A DNA stretch of 64,000 bases from a bacterium. Its GTDB lineage: Bacteria; UBP6; UBA1177; JAKLFG01. A program made the translations under genes and the position numbers. Shown here piece after piece: positions 9,170 to 20,709 of the stretch; the first letter of the stretch is position 1, and each line of letters begins with the position of its first letter. Under the pieces are notes generated by a model. The model was not told the DNA's origin. It did not search any database and saw only the letters and a list, made by a program, of their open reading frames with translations. The stretch spans positions 183-64,182 of the forward strand of contig JAKLIW010000013.1 in NCBI GenBank assembly GCA_022709425.1, given 5' to 3'.

Positions 9170-11551
9170 TTACTGTTCCACGAAAATGCACGGCGCGGTT
9201 ATCTTCTGCATAAGGTCGAACCCACCGTCAAGCGTCAACTGCGGATTGGGCGTCCCGTATTCGCCGGGCGACAGAAGGAAGCGGGCCGCCTGCGTCCCGG
9301 AGGCGGGGAAAAACACCTTGGCGCGGGTATCGCCCGATATCTCAATAAAGCCGCGCGCCGTCGCAGCACCGGTGACGGCGGCGCCGTTGGCCGTCAGATC
9401 GCCCGTGAAGGCGACCACGGCGAGCTCCTTTTCAGCCGTGGTATCGGTCGAGACGTTGACCAACTGCGCGACGAGCGAACGGAACACCGATGATTCGCTC
9501 CCCTCTTTCACATACAGGTTCAGGTAGAGGTCCCACGAAGGGCTTTTCAAGACTTGGATATAGGGATCGGGCTGCGCCTCCACCACCGGGATGACGGCGG
9601 AACCGATGGTGTTCTTGTCGTTGGCCGCCGAAAGATCGTAGTGGTCTATCTCGGGATGAGCCGTGAGATAGTCGGCCAGCGATTCCCCATTGACGGTGAT
9701 GCCGAGCGCTATCTTGGCCGTACCGATGTCGAGTGTTTTAGCCGTTATGTCGGCGGCGGCGGCCGTCAGATCGGTATCGATGACCGCGCGCTGTTCGTAG
9801 CCGAGGTAAAAGCCTCCTTTGTATACCACATGGTAGGAACCGGCAGGCACCGCGAAGGTATAGGCGCCCCCCGCGAGATCCTTGAGGTTGATCACCGGCG
9901 TCTCTGTCTGCGTCTCGACATCGCGGACAAAAAGCATGTCGCCCGCCGCGGCCGCGGCCGCGGCGCCGTTGAAGGTGACGGTGCCCGACACCGCTACCGG
10001 AGCGATGACCGGATCGAGCGTCAGTTCGTCGGTGAATTGACCGCCGCCATCGGTGAACTGGAAGGTCTCGGCGCCGTTGATCGCCACCTTCGTGCTGAAA
10101 GGCAGATAGTTGGTCATCCCTTCGATGTCGTTGAAATAGCTTTCAAAGGAAAGTGAGAAGGCACGCGGGGTATAGGTCGGGTTGGCGCAGGCATCATCGT
10201 CGCATATCTTCTGACGCCGCACCAGCAGTCCCTCATAGGTGTAATCGTCGCCGGAAACGCCCAGATTCTTGAGAATGACGGTGCCGCCTGAAAAACTGAG
10301 CGCCTTAAGCCGGCCGCGGAAACACTGCGCCTCGGCGGCGGTGCAGGCGGTTAGGGCCGGGAACGGCCCACCCGGGGTCTTGAGCGATATCGTACCCTGC
10401 ACCAAGCCGAAGTCGAGCGACACCGCGCCGGTGGTTTTCGGGGTGAGGTCGGCCCATTCGACGAGTTTCTGGAAGCTGTAAGGATAATCGGCGAGACTCG
10501 CCAGATAAACGACCACATAGGTGATCCCGGTGTTGCTGAGCACCTCGACGTTGTAGTCCTTCGTTGCCGACAGGTCGGGAATGAGGGCGACCGAGATCGG
10601 TTCGAGCGGCGGGTCCTTGACGATGGCCAGCACGCCCGCATCGACCGCCGCGCCGTCGACCGTCGCGGTGCCGCTGACGGTGGTGGTGAGAAGATCTATC
10701 GGAGCGCTCGTGTCGCCGGTCAGCGCGATGGCGGTGGCGCCGAAAAGGGCCTTGCCGGTGAACAGCGGTGCGCCGGCCGCAAGACGGCCGGTGAAAGATA
10801 CCGTATAGTTCCCCTTAGGCATAACACGGCTGAACGACGCGAATTCGCTGTAGGGTATCTCGAAGGAATAGGTCCCGCTCTGGATCGTCAGTTTGGTGTC
10901 GGTCGCATCGGTCCCGGTGAGCGCCGGATAGGCGGCGCCGTTCTTGGTGACGCTGCCCGACAGTTCATACAGCGGCAGATCGATATCGAGCGTCTTGGCG
11001 GCGGCGATGATGACCTTCTCCTGCATCGGCACGGCCGTATGAGAAGGATCGGCCGCGTTCGCCTTCGCGCCGCGGTAGAAGAAGTTATAGGTCCCTTCGG
11101 CCAGCCCGAAGGTCTCGCCGGTGAGCGCCGGGGTCAGGTCGGCCACCTTGAATTCATCCTTGGTATCGTCGTTCTCGGCCCACAGTTCGCCCGCAACGAG
11201 GGTATCATCCGCCGCGCCGCCGACGGTGATGGCGCCGATGGTGAGGGCATGGATCTTCACGTCGAAGGTGATCGATCCCCCTTCCACGGCATAGAGGCAG
11301 GATCCGGTATAACTGTCGGCGTCGGGAAGAATCTCGTCGGTCACGATATCGTCAGCGTCCTCAACGAGAGGATCATCCTTGACGATGTCAATATCCTTTT
11401 CGTTGTCTGGTTCGCTCGTATCCTGTTCACATTGACCGGTGAGATCGTCCCAATGGTATCCGACCGGACAGTTGCCGGTACTGTCTGAATCGCACGAACC
11501 GGCATAGAGCAGGGTGAACAAACATCCCGCAAGGACGAGATAGCGACGCAT
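9170..11551 (-). CDS. Large lipoprotein with repeated beta-sandwich-like domains, function unknown
   Basis: Start MRRYLVL after a GGAGG SD; lipobox AGSC; CPVGYHWDDLTGQC mini-motif; acidic linker; repeated 'SGTVTxNGAA' segments. Confidence 0.72.
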   Translation of the reverse strand: MRRYLVLAGCLFTLLYAGSCDSDSTGNCPVGYHWDDLTGQCEQDTSEPDNEKDIDIVKDDPLVEDADDIVTDEILPDADSYTGSCLYAVEGGSITFDVKIHALTIGAITVGGAADDTLVAGELWAENDDTKDEFKVADLTPALTGETFGLAEGTYNFFYRGAKANAADPSHTAVPMQEKVIIAAAKTLDIDLPLYELSGSVTKNGAAYPALTGTDATDTKLTIQSGTYSFEIPYSEFASFSRVMPKGNYTVSFTGRLAAGAPLFTGKALFGATAIALTGDTSAPIDLLTTTVSGTATVDGAAVDAGVLAIVKDPPLEPISVALIPDLSATKDYNVEVLSNTGITYVVVYLASLADYPYSFQKLVEWADLTPKTTGAVSLDFGLVQGTISLKTPGGPFPALTACTAAEAQCFRGRLKALSFSGGTVILKNLGVSGDDYTYEGLLVRRQKICDDDACANPTYTPRAFSLSFESYFNDIEGMTNYLPFSTKVAINGAETFQFTDGGGQFTDELTLDPVIAPVAVSGTVTFNGAAAAAAAGDMLFVRDVETQTETPVINLKDLAGGAYTFAVPAGSYHVVYKGGFYLGYEQRAVIDTDLTAAAADITAKTLDIGTAKIALGITVNGESLADYLTAHPEIDHYDLSAANDKNTIGSAVIPVVEAQPDPYIQVLKSPSWDLYLNLYVKEGSESSVFRSLVAQLVNVSTDTTAEKELAVVAFTGDLTANGAAVTGAATARGFIEISGDTRAKVFFPASGTQAARFLLSPGEYGTPNPQLTLDGGFDLMQKITAPCIFVEQ

Positions 11552-11712
11552 GGGACCCTCCATCGTTCGATATGAGAACGGCCCATTGTAAGAATTTCGA
11601 CGAAAGAAGTCAACTGGCCGTTTCCCCCTGCGCGCATCAAGTTTGCGTAACGAGGTTGCATCGGCGCTCCTTTTTTGCTATGCTGGGCCACGAACGGAGC
11701 CGGGAGGAAAAC

Positions 11713-12348
11713 ATGTCGTCAGAGAAAAAGCCGAAGATCGTCGTGGCGCGGCACACGCCGTTCCTCGTGACGGGGCTCACCGAATTCTTCGACGCGAAAG
11801 GGAACCGCTACGAGGTGCGGCCGGTCATGGCGCTGTGCCGATGCGACAAATCCAAGAAGTTCCCCTACTGCGACGGCGCACACGCCGAAACGGGGCTCGA
11901 CTGCTGCAAACTGCCGGAGCGGCCCAAAGACAAGATGCGCGACTATGTCGGGCAACACATCACGGTCCATTTCAATCTCGGCGTCTGTTCTCATCACGGC
12001 TACTGCCTCGAACTGGCGTCGGTGTTCGATGTCAAGCAACGACCGTGGATACAGCCCGACAATGCACCGGTCGAAGATATCATCAAGACCATCGAACGCT
12101 GTCCGAGCGGCGCCCTTTCCTACACCATCGGCGGGGTCTACCATGACCGGCAGGAGCGGACGCCGGCGATAAAGGTCAGCAAGCGCGGGCCGTTCGAGAT
12201 AACGGGCGGGATAGAACTGGAGACCGACGACGGGTCGAAACCGCAGTGCGACGAGCACTACTGCCTATGCCGGTGCAACAAGACCAAGAATCAGCCCTTC
12301 TGCGACGGCTCACACCTGCCGCATAAACTGATAGGTTCCGGTTCTTGA
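11713..12348 (+). CDS. CDGSH - divergent 4Fe-4S (YjdI-like) - CDGSH iron-sulfur protein
   Basis: CRCDKSKKFPYCDGAH; CSHHGYC...PWIQPDNA...CPSGAL; CRCNKTKNQPFCDGSH. Start after GGAGG. Confidence 0.88.
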   Translation: MSSEKKPKIVVARHTPFLVTGLTEFFDAKGNRYEVRPVMALCRCDKSKKFPYCDGAHAETGLDCCKLPERPKDKMRDYVGQHITVHFNLGVCSHHGYCLELASVFDVKQRPWIQPDNAPVEDIIKTIERCPSGALSYTIGGVYHDRQERTPAIKVSKRGPFEITGGIELETDDGSKPQCDEHYCLCRCNKTKNQPFCDGSHLPHKLIGSGS

Positions 12349-12409
12349 CTTCGCCCCGGTCGCCGGTAGAATGCCGGTGCTGAGAATGTTCCACTGTTGG
12401 GAGGAATTC

Positions 12410-13291
12410 ATGGTTACCAAGACCCCGTTCGACACCGTCGTCGCCGAACTCGCACTCGTCGAGAAATACCGCTCGCTCGCCCACCTTTCGCGCAACAATA
12501 CCCCGATGCCCTCGGTCGAGACCCTCTCCGAGATCGTCGAGATGTTGCGGCAGGTGCTCTTCCCCGGCTACTACGGCGAATCGGACCTCACGCAGGATAA
12601 CCTCAAATACTACATCGGCGCGAAACTCGACCGCGCCTACCACCTCCTCGCCGAGGAGATAAAACGGGGCCAGTGCTTCTCCTGCACGATAACCAACGAG
12701 GCCGAATGCCGCCACTGCGAAACGACATCGAAGGAAAAGGCGGCGAAGTTCATCGTCCGCCTACCCGAGGTGCGCCGCCTGCTGGCTACCGATGTCGAAG
12801 CGGCCTACGAAGGCGACCCGGCCGCCACCAGCCACGGCGAAACGATCTACTGCTACCCGTCGATATACGCCATGACCAACTTCCGCATCGCCCACGAACT
12901 GCAGGTGCTCGAAGTGCCGCTCATTCCGCGCATCATCACCGAGATAGCCCACTCCAAGACCGGCATCGACCTCCACCCCGGCGCGCAGATCGGCGAAAAG
13001 TTCTTCATGGACCACGGGACCGGCATCGTCGTCGGCGGCACCTCGATCATCGGCAAGGGGGTGAAACTCTATCAGGGGGTCACGCTCGGCGCCAAATCGT
13101 TCCCGCTCGACGAGCACGGCAACCCCATCAAGGGGGTCCCGCGGCATCCCATCGTCGAGGACAATGTGGTCATCTACGCCGGCGCCACGGTGCTCGGCCG
13201 CATCACCATCGGCCACGACGCGATGATCGGCGGCAACACATGGGTCACGCAGGATGTCGCGCCGGGCGCCAAGGTGCTCAACCCGAAGTAG
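12410..13291 (+). CDS. cysE: Serine O-acetyltransferase
   Basis: DVEAAYEGDPAA, TGIDLHPGAQIG, FMDHGTGIVVG, YQGVTLGA, RHPIVEDNVVIYAGATVLG hexapeptide repeats. Confidence 0.92.
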   Translation: MVTKTPFDTVVAELALVEKYRSLAHLSRNNTPMPSVETLSEIVEMLRQVLFPGYYGESDLTQDNLKYYIGAKLDRAYHLLAEEIKRGQCFSCTITNEAECRHCETTSKEKAAKFIVRLPEVRRLLATDVEAAYEGDPAATSHGETIYCYPSIYAMTNFRIAHELQVLEVPLIPRIITEIAHSKTGIDLHPGAQIGEKFFMDHGTGIVVGGTSIIGKGVKLYQGVTLGAKSFPLDEHGNPIKGVPRHPIVEDNVVIYAGATVLGRITIGHDAMIGGNTWVTQDVAPGAKVLNPK

Positions 13292-13396
13292 TCGCAAATA
13301 CTCCGCTAACGGTAACTTTCTTGCCTTTTTCTTCCTAATTGGTATGGTGTCGCGTCTTTTGGGATGAGACTTATTGTGATCATAGGAGGTTCCCGC

Positions 13397-15775
<2,379 letters not shown>

Positions 15776-15778
15776 GTT

Positions 15779-16963
15779 CTACCCGACCACGCACAACAGA
15801 CCTTTGAGATATTCGGTCTCGGGGACCGACACCCGCACCGGGTGATCGTCCGCCTGATGGAGGTGGTGCAGTACCCGCACCTCACGCCCCGCATCTTTGG
15901 CCGCGTAGGCGATCTGCTGGCGGAAGAGTTCCATCGTCACGGCGCCCGAACAGGAGAAACTGGCCAATATCCCGCCGGGATTCAGCAGTTTCATGGCGTT
16001 GAGATTGATATCCTTGTAGCCCCGGATCCCCTTTTCGAGATCCTTGGGATGAGCGACGAATTTGGGCGGATCGAGTACGATGAGATCGTAGCGGTTCTTG
16101 TCGCGCTGGAGGTCGCGCAACAGCTGGAGTCCGTCGGCGCAGATAAAGCGGCACTTCGACTCGGGAACATTATTGAGCCGCAGATGCCGTTTGGCCCCTT
16201 CGATGGCGTCCTCGGAGGTGTCGCACAGCGTCACCGACGCGGCCCCCTGCGCCATCGCGTAGACCGAAAAGGCGCCGGTGTAACAGCAGACATCGAGCAC
16301 CTTCTTTCCGGCGGCATAGCTTGATGTTATGAGACGGTTCTGCCGCTGGTCGGTATAGAACCCGGTCTTCTGCCCCGCCGGCGACACATGGAACAGATGC
16401 CCGTTCTCGTGGATGACCACCTTTTCGGGCGGCTCTTTCCCCGCCAGCGCGCCGTAGCGCACCGGGAGCCCCTCCATCTTGCGGCCGTCGCCGTCGCTCT
16501 TCTCGTAGACCCCTTTGAGTCCGCACTCCTCCATGAGCATCTTGGCGATGCGCTCCTTCACCGTGTCGAACCCGGCCGAAAGCGACTGAAGCACCGCGAA
16601 CTCGCCGAAACGGTCGACGATGAGCCCCGGCAGGAAGTCGGCCTCGCTGTAGATGAGGCGGCAGGCGTCGGTCACCCCTTCGGTCAGTATCGGGGCGCGC
16701 AGGGCGACGGCCCGTTTGATCTTTTCGCGGTACCAATCGTCGTTGACGGACACGCTCTCATCCCATTCGAGGAGCCGCACCTGTATCTTGGAATCCTTGT
16801 TGAAGTGGCCGTAAGCAACGAACCGGCCGTCGGCGCCGTGGAGCGCGATGACCTCGCCGGTCTGCGGCGACCCTTCGATATCCTTGACCGCGCCCGAGAA
16901 GACCCACGGATGGTGGTTGCGCGGCAGTTTGTCCTTGTCGGGGTGAAGAATGATCCTGTTCAT
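15779..16963 (-). CDS. rlmI: 23S rRNA m5C1962 methyltransferase (RlmI family)
   Basis: PUA start HPWVFSG, DFLPGLIVDRF, GQKTGFYTDQR, VLDVCCYTGAF, DLIVLDPP, ETEYLK. Confidence 0.9.
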   Translation of the reverse strand: MNRIILHPDKDKLPRNHHPWVFSGAVKDIEGSPQTGEVIALHGADGRFVAYGHFNKDSKIQVRLLEWDESVSVNDDWYREKIKRAVALRAPILTEGVTDACRLIYSEADFLPGLIVDRFGEFAVLQSLSAGFDTVKERIAKMLMEECGLKGVYEKSDGDGRKMEGLPVRYGALAGKEPPEKVVIHENGHLFHVSPAGQKTGFYTDQRQNRLITSSYAAGKKVLDVCCYTGAFSVYAMAQGAASVTLCDTSEDAIEGAKRHLRLNNVPESKCRFICADGLQLLRDLQRDKNRYDLIVLDPPKFVAHPKDLEKGIRGYKDINLNAMKLLNPGGILASFSCSGAVTMELFRQQIAYAAKDAGREVRVLHHLHQADDHPVRVSVPETEYLKGLLCVVG

Positions 16964-16993
16964 GGGAAATTACCTCAGAAGAAGAAAGAAAAA

Positions 16994-17343
16994 TGGTGGA
17001 GACGGCGGGAATCGAACCCGCGTCCGAAAAGAGAGCCATGCGTGCATACTACAATGCGTGTCCGGTTGATTTGATCTCAGCCTTTGCGCCCCCCGTACCG
17101 GCATGGGTAGCATTGGCCCAGTCGCTTTTGTGTCATCCGTGACCTTGTGACCCGATCACGGTACTATCCCGCTGTTTTGCGCCCTGATCTCACCGCGGGA
17201 GAGATCCTTCAGGACGGCGGCAATTAAGCCGCTAGTGCGAGTTCGTTGTTCGCGTTTCTTGTTTTGCCGCTTTTAACGAGGCCTGCGGCACCTCGGCATG
17301 CAGCTCGCACATCTCCTACTTCCCGTCGAAGCCGTTCGTCCCC
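16994..17343 (-). ncRNA. ssrA: tmRNA, tag peptide ANNELALAA
   Basis: 5' GGGGACGAACGGCTTCGAC; 3' T-arm GGACGCGGGTTCGATTCCCGCCGTCTCCACCA with encoded CCA; tag ORF GCG AAC AAC GAA CTC GCA CTA GCG GCT TAA (17253-17224); 350 nt. Confidence 0.96.
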
Positions 17344-17372
17344 ACTTTTCAAAAAACCTGTCGACAGCGGCA

Positions 17373-17400
17373 AGTATACCTCCGAGCGGTCCAATGTCAA
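17373..17400 (-). promoter_or_regulatory. Sigma70 promoter of ssrA
   Basis: TTGACA-16 nt-TATACT, about 30 nt upstream of the mature tmRNA 5' end. Confidence 0.75.
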
Positions 17401-17499
17401 CCGAACCATCCCTTTATAGCCAGATTTATTTCCTTTTCCAAAAGATGTGCTACGCTGTGCCGTTCCGTGGGAAGGATCATTAGCAAGATGAGGATAGCG

Positions 17500-19521
17500 A
17501 TGAAACACGTTCTGTTCGCCGCCCTGTTATGCGCCTCGGCCCTGCTGTGGGCACAGGAGGCACCGGCACCAGCTCCCGACGACGCCGAGATAACCAGTGA
17601 AAAGATCCGTGATAACGCCGCCCGGTCGCTTCCCGAAGCGCTCCAGACCGTTCCGGGACTCTTTTTCCGTGAAGCGGGCGCCGCCCTGAGTTATCCCGTC
17701 CTGCGCGGCATGCCTTCGGAATCGGTCCCGGTCATCTTCGACGGCATCGCGCTGTCCGGCACCGCATTCACCGGCGGCACCGGGACATGGCTGTCACTCC
17801 TTGACCGACGGCTGGCCGAACGAGTGACTATTGCGAACGGCCCCGACACGGTCGCGGCATCGACAACGGCGGCGGGCGGCTCTATAACGATCCACCCCTT
17901 CACCACCGCGCCGGTCCGCGGCACTCCCGAACTCGGAGCGGCAGGCCGCTTCAACACGCGATTCTCGAGCGCCGATACCGACCGCGATGCCCATGCCCGC
18001 ATCGCCGTGGGATACGGCGATCTCGGCGCGTTGGCGGCCGGTTCGGTCAACTTCACCGACACCCGCATGAACGGCGCCGGACAAGAGGAACCATACTCCT
18101 CTTTCGAGAACTACGGCGCATTCTTCACCGGCGACTGGGCATTCACCCGGGCATCGGGGAACGATTGGCGCCTCAGCGTCGGATATCTTTTCGCCGAAAC
18201 AAGCGACGCGGCCGATACGACCGCCCGCTGGATAACGGGACCGACCCCCGACACCCTTCAGATTTACAACCGTTCCGCCCATGTTGCGTGGGGACGGCTC
18301 GGGATGGATCTTCCCGCCTCCGATCTCACCGGCGCCTTCACTATTTCCTATCAGAACGCCGTTGAATCGGCCGAAACCGCCTTCATCGCCGACAGCCGCG
18401 CCATTTGGCGCGCTCGGGAGCGGAATGAACTGACCGGGCATACGGCGGGGATCGCCGTCGATTTCGTCGCCGATGTAGCGCCGCAACTGTTCACGTTGCG
18501 TTACGGCGGATCCTACTACCACGACTTCATCCTTGCCGATCATCGTGAACGGTTGGATACGACCGCGCCGCTCACCCGGATCGGTATCACGGCACTACCC
18601 GATGATTCGGCCGTCGACCGTTTCGCCGGATACCTCACCGGCGCGTTCGACCTCCTCTCCGGCGATGGACCGCACCGGCTGACCGCAAGGGCCGGGTACC
18701 GTTTCGAAGGAACGGCCCTGCGAGCCCCCCAGCATGACGATATCGCCGCGATCAATCTCACCGAACCGGGCCACGGCGTGGAAGCCGGGATCGCCTACGG
18801 CTGGCGCAGGAATCTTGATGTCGCTCTCACTTACGGACACGGCACCCGCGCTCCAACCCTTCGCGAAGCGGCATATTACGGCATGCGCGAGGGATATTTC
18901 TTCGTCCCCAACGGCGGGCTTGAGGCCGAAACGACCGACACGCTCGATCTGACCTTGCGCGGCCGCACCAAGTGGCTCACCTCTTCGATCAGCGGCTTCG
19001 CCACCCATATCGCCGACCGTATCGGCCGGGTCTCCGCCACTTGGCGCAACGCCTCAGAGATAGAAAGCTTCCCGGTCGCCGGATATGCCAATACCGGCCG
19101 CGCCCTTATCTGGGGCGTCGCCGCCGCCGAGGAACTGAAGCTACCCTTCGGCCTCGCCATCACCGGCGGCGCCACCTATCTGTGGGGTGAGGAACGGCTG
19201 AAGAACGACGATATCGCCGTGCTCGACCACATCCCGCCGCTCCTCTGGAACACCGCCCTGCGTTGGGATTCCACCGCACCGGGCGACTATCAGGGGTTTG
19301 CCGAGGTCGCCCTTCGCGCCGCGACCGATCCGCGGCCCGCACAGGAGAGCACCGACACCGCATGGCAGGTACTCACCCTGCGCGGCGGATTCACCTTCGA
19401 CGAATATATCCGGGTCATCCTGACGCTGGAAAACCTGCTCGACCGCGACTACCGTACCTTTCAGGCCGGCATCAACGGACCGGGCATCAATGCAATATTG
19501 TCGCTGGACGCCGAATTCTAG
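17500..19521 (+). CDS. TonB-dependent outer-membrane receptor
   Basis: Signal peptide; plug EALQTVPG...PVLRGM...VIFDG; TLREAAY...NGGLEAE; LENLLDRDY; C-terminal Phe. Confidence 0.88.
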   Translation: MKHVLFAALLCASALLWAQEAPAPAPDDAEITSEKIRDNAARSLPEALQTVPGLFFREAGAALSYPVLRGMPSESVPVIFDGIALSGTAFTGGTGTWLSLLDRRLAERVTIANGPDTVAASTTAAGGSITIHPFTTAPVRGTPELGAAGRFNTRFSSADTDRDAHARIAVGYGDLGALAAGSVNFTDTRMNGAGQEEPYSSFENYGAFFTGDWAFTRASGNDWRLSVGYLFAETSDAADTTARWITGPTPDTLQIYNRSAHVAWGRLGMDLPASDLTGAFTISYQNAVESAETAFIADSRAIWRARERNELTGHTAGIAVDFVADVAPQLFTLRYGGSYYHDFILADHRERLDTTAPLTRIGITALPDDSAVDRFAGYLTGAFDLLSGDGPHRLTARAGYRFEGTALRAPQHDDIAAINLTEPGHGVEAGIAYGWRRNLDVALTYGHGTRAPTLREAAYYGMREGYFFVPNGGLEAETTDTLDLTLRGRTKWLTSSISGFATHIADRIGRVSATWRNASEIESFPVAGYANTGRALIWGVAAAEELKLPFGLAITGGATYLWGEERLKNDDIAVLDHIPPLLWNTALRWDSTAPGDYQGFAEVALRAATDPRPAQESTDTAWQVLTLRGGFTFDEYIRVILTLENLLDRDYRTFQAGINGPGINAILSLDAEF

Positions 19522-19525
19522 CGGG

Positions 19526-20164
19526 TCACCGGGAAACCGAAACGGTCGATACGACCTTCCCCAGTATCTTGAAATCTTCGCGCAGGGTCACATCGATGGG
19601 CGTGTAACGCTCATTCTCCGGCATCAGGAAGACGCCGGAGCGGTCGATGCGCAGACGTTTGACCGTCGCCTCGTCGCCCAGCAGAGCGGCCACTATCTCA
19701 CCCGATGCCGCGACCGGCTGACGCCTGACAATCACCAGGTCGCCGTCGTTGATCGACGCGTTCACCATCGAGTCGCCCGCGATGCGCAGGGCGAAGAATT
19801 TACCGGTGCCGATGGAGCTCGCGTCGACCAGTATCTCCTCTTCGCAGTTCTCCACGGCGAGGAGCGGTTCGCCCGCCGCGATGCGTCCGAGGAGCGGAAC
19901 ACGGATGAAATTGATCCCGGCGGGGTTAAGGAGCTTTTTCATCCCTTTTATCAGTTCGAGTGAGCGCGCCGCCCTCTTTCGCCGACGGATATAGCCCTTT
20001 TTCTCCAGCCGCGCAAGCTGTTCGTGGACGCTCGCGGCGGTGATGTCGAGCTCTTCGGCAAGTTCCCGCGTGGTCGGCGGTATCCCCTGTTTGGCAATGA
20101 AAGTCTCGATGGCGGCGAGCAGTCGCTCCTGCGATCCGGTGAGCCCTTCGCGGTTCTCTTCCAT
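19526..20164 (-). CDS. lexA: LexA repressor
   Basis: wHTH PPTTRELA...LEKKGYI; cleavage site GRIAAG; Ser GDSM; Lys ATVKRL. Confidence 0.95.
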   Translation of the reverse strand: MEENREGLTGSQERLLAAIETFIAKQGIPPTTRELAEELDITAASVHEQLARLEKKGYIRRRKRAARSLELIKGMKKLLNPAGINFIRVPLLGRIAAGEPLLAVENCEEEILVDASSIGTGKFFALRIAGDSMVNASINDGDLVIVRRQPVAASGEIVAALLGDEATVKRLRIDRSGVFLMPENERYTPIDVTLREDFKILGKVVSTVSVSR

Positions 20165-20195
20165 GGCATACCTCCTGCCTAACGGAATAGCACAT

Positions 20196-20231
20196 CTTTC
20201 ATCAGCATATACCTTACAAATGAAAGGTCAA
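20196..20231 (-). promoter_or_regulatory. lexA promoter with overlapping inverted repeat
   Basis: TTGACC (20231-20226)-16 nt-TATGCT (20209-20204); CTTTCAT-N17-ATGAAAG dyad at 20196-20226. Confidence 0.55.
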
Positions 20232-20238
20232 GAAAAAT

Positions 20239-20700
20239 CTATCGGGTGATGAGCGCCGCGATCTTTTCGAGTCCGGCGGCATCGTCGGCGTCGAACGAGT
20301 CGAGTTCATCCGAATCGACATCGAGCACTGCCCAGATATGGCCGTCGCGGTCGTACAGCGGCACCACCACCTCCGACCTTGAACGACTGTCGCAGGCGAT
20401 ATGGCCGGGAAACGCCTCGACATCGGGGACCAGCACCGTTCCGGCGCGGTCTATCGAGGCCCAGCAGACGCCGGTATGTTTTTTGAGCACCTGACAGGCG
20501 AGCGCTCCCTGATAGGGCCCGACCGTCAGTTCACCGTCGACCAGCCGGTAGAAACCGACCCAGAAGAAATATTTGAACTTACCCTTGAGCAGTGCCGCCG
20601 CCGTCGCCATCCGCGCTATCGGATCGGGCGTCTTGCGGTACAGTTCCTCAAGCTGGGCGACGATACGCCCATACTTTTCCTGTTTCGCCGTTGCAGTCAT
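20239..20700 (-). CDS. msrC: GAF-domain free methionine-(R)-sulfoxide reductase
   Basis: FWVGFY, VGPYQGALAC, GVCWAS, VPDVEAFPGHIACDSRSRSEVVVP, VLDVDS. Confidence 0.85.
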   Translation of the reverse strand: MTATAKQEKYGRIVAQLEELYRKTPDPIARMATAAALLKGKFKYFFWVGFYRLVDGELTVGPYQGALACQVLKKHTGVCWASIDRAGTVLVPDVEAFPGHIACDSRSRSEVVVPLYDRDGHIWAVLDVDSDELDSFDADDAAGLEKIAALITR

Positions 20701-20709
20701 GTATTCCTC

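Noticed and set aside
16964-16994. Genomic island integrated at the ssrA 3' end
   Set aside because: rlmI starts 30 nt downstream; there is no integrase and no duplicated tmRNA 3' fragment in the window.
17401-17499. Cobalamin riboswitch upstream of the TonB receptor (B12 mutase present)
   Set aside because: The region is too short and lacks the B12-box and conserved core elements.
17441-20199. Shared 12-mer AAAGATGTGCTA upstream of the TonB receptor gene (17441-17452) and lexA (20199-20188)
   Set aside because: About one shared 12-mer is expected by chance among a few kb of AT-rich intergenic DNA, and it overlaps extended -10-like sequence.
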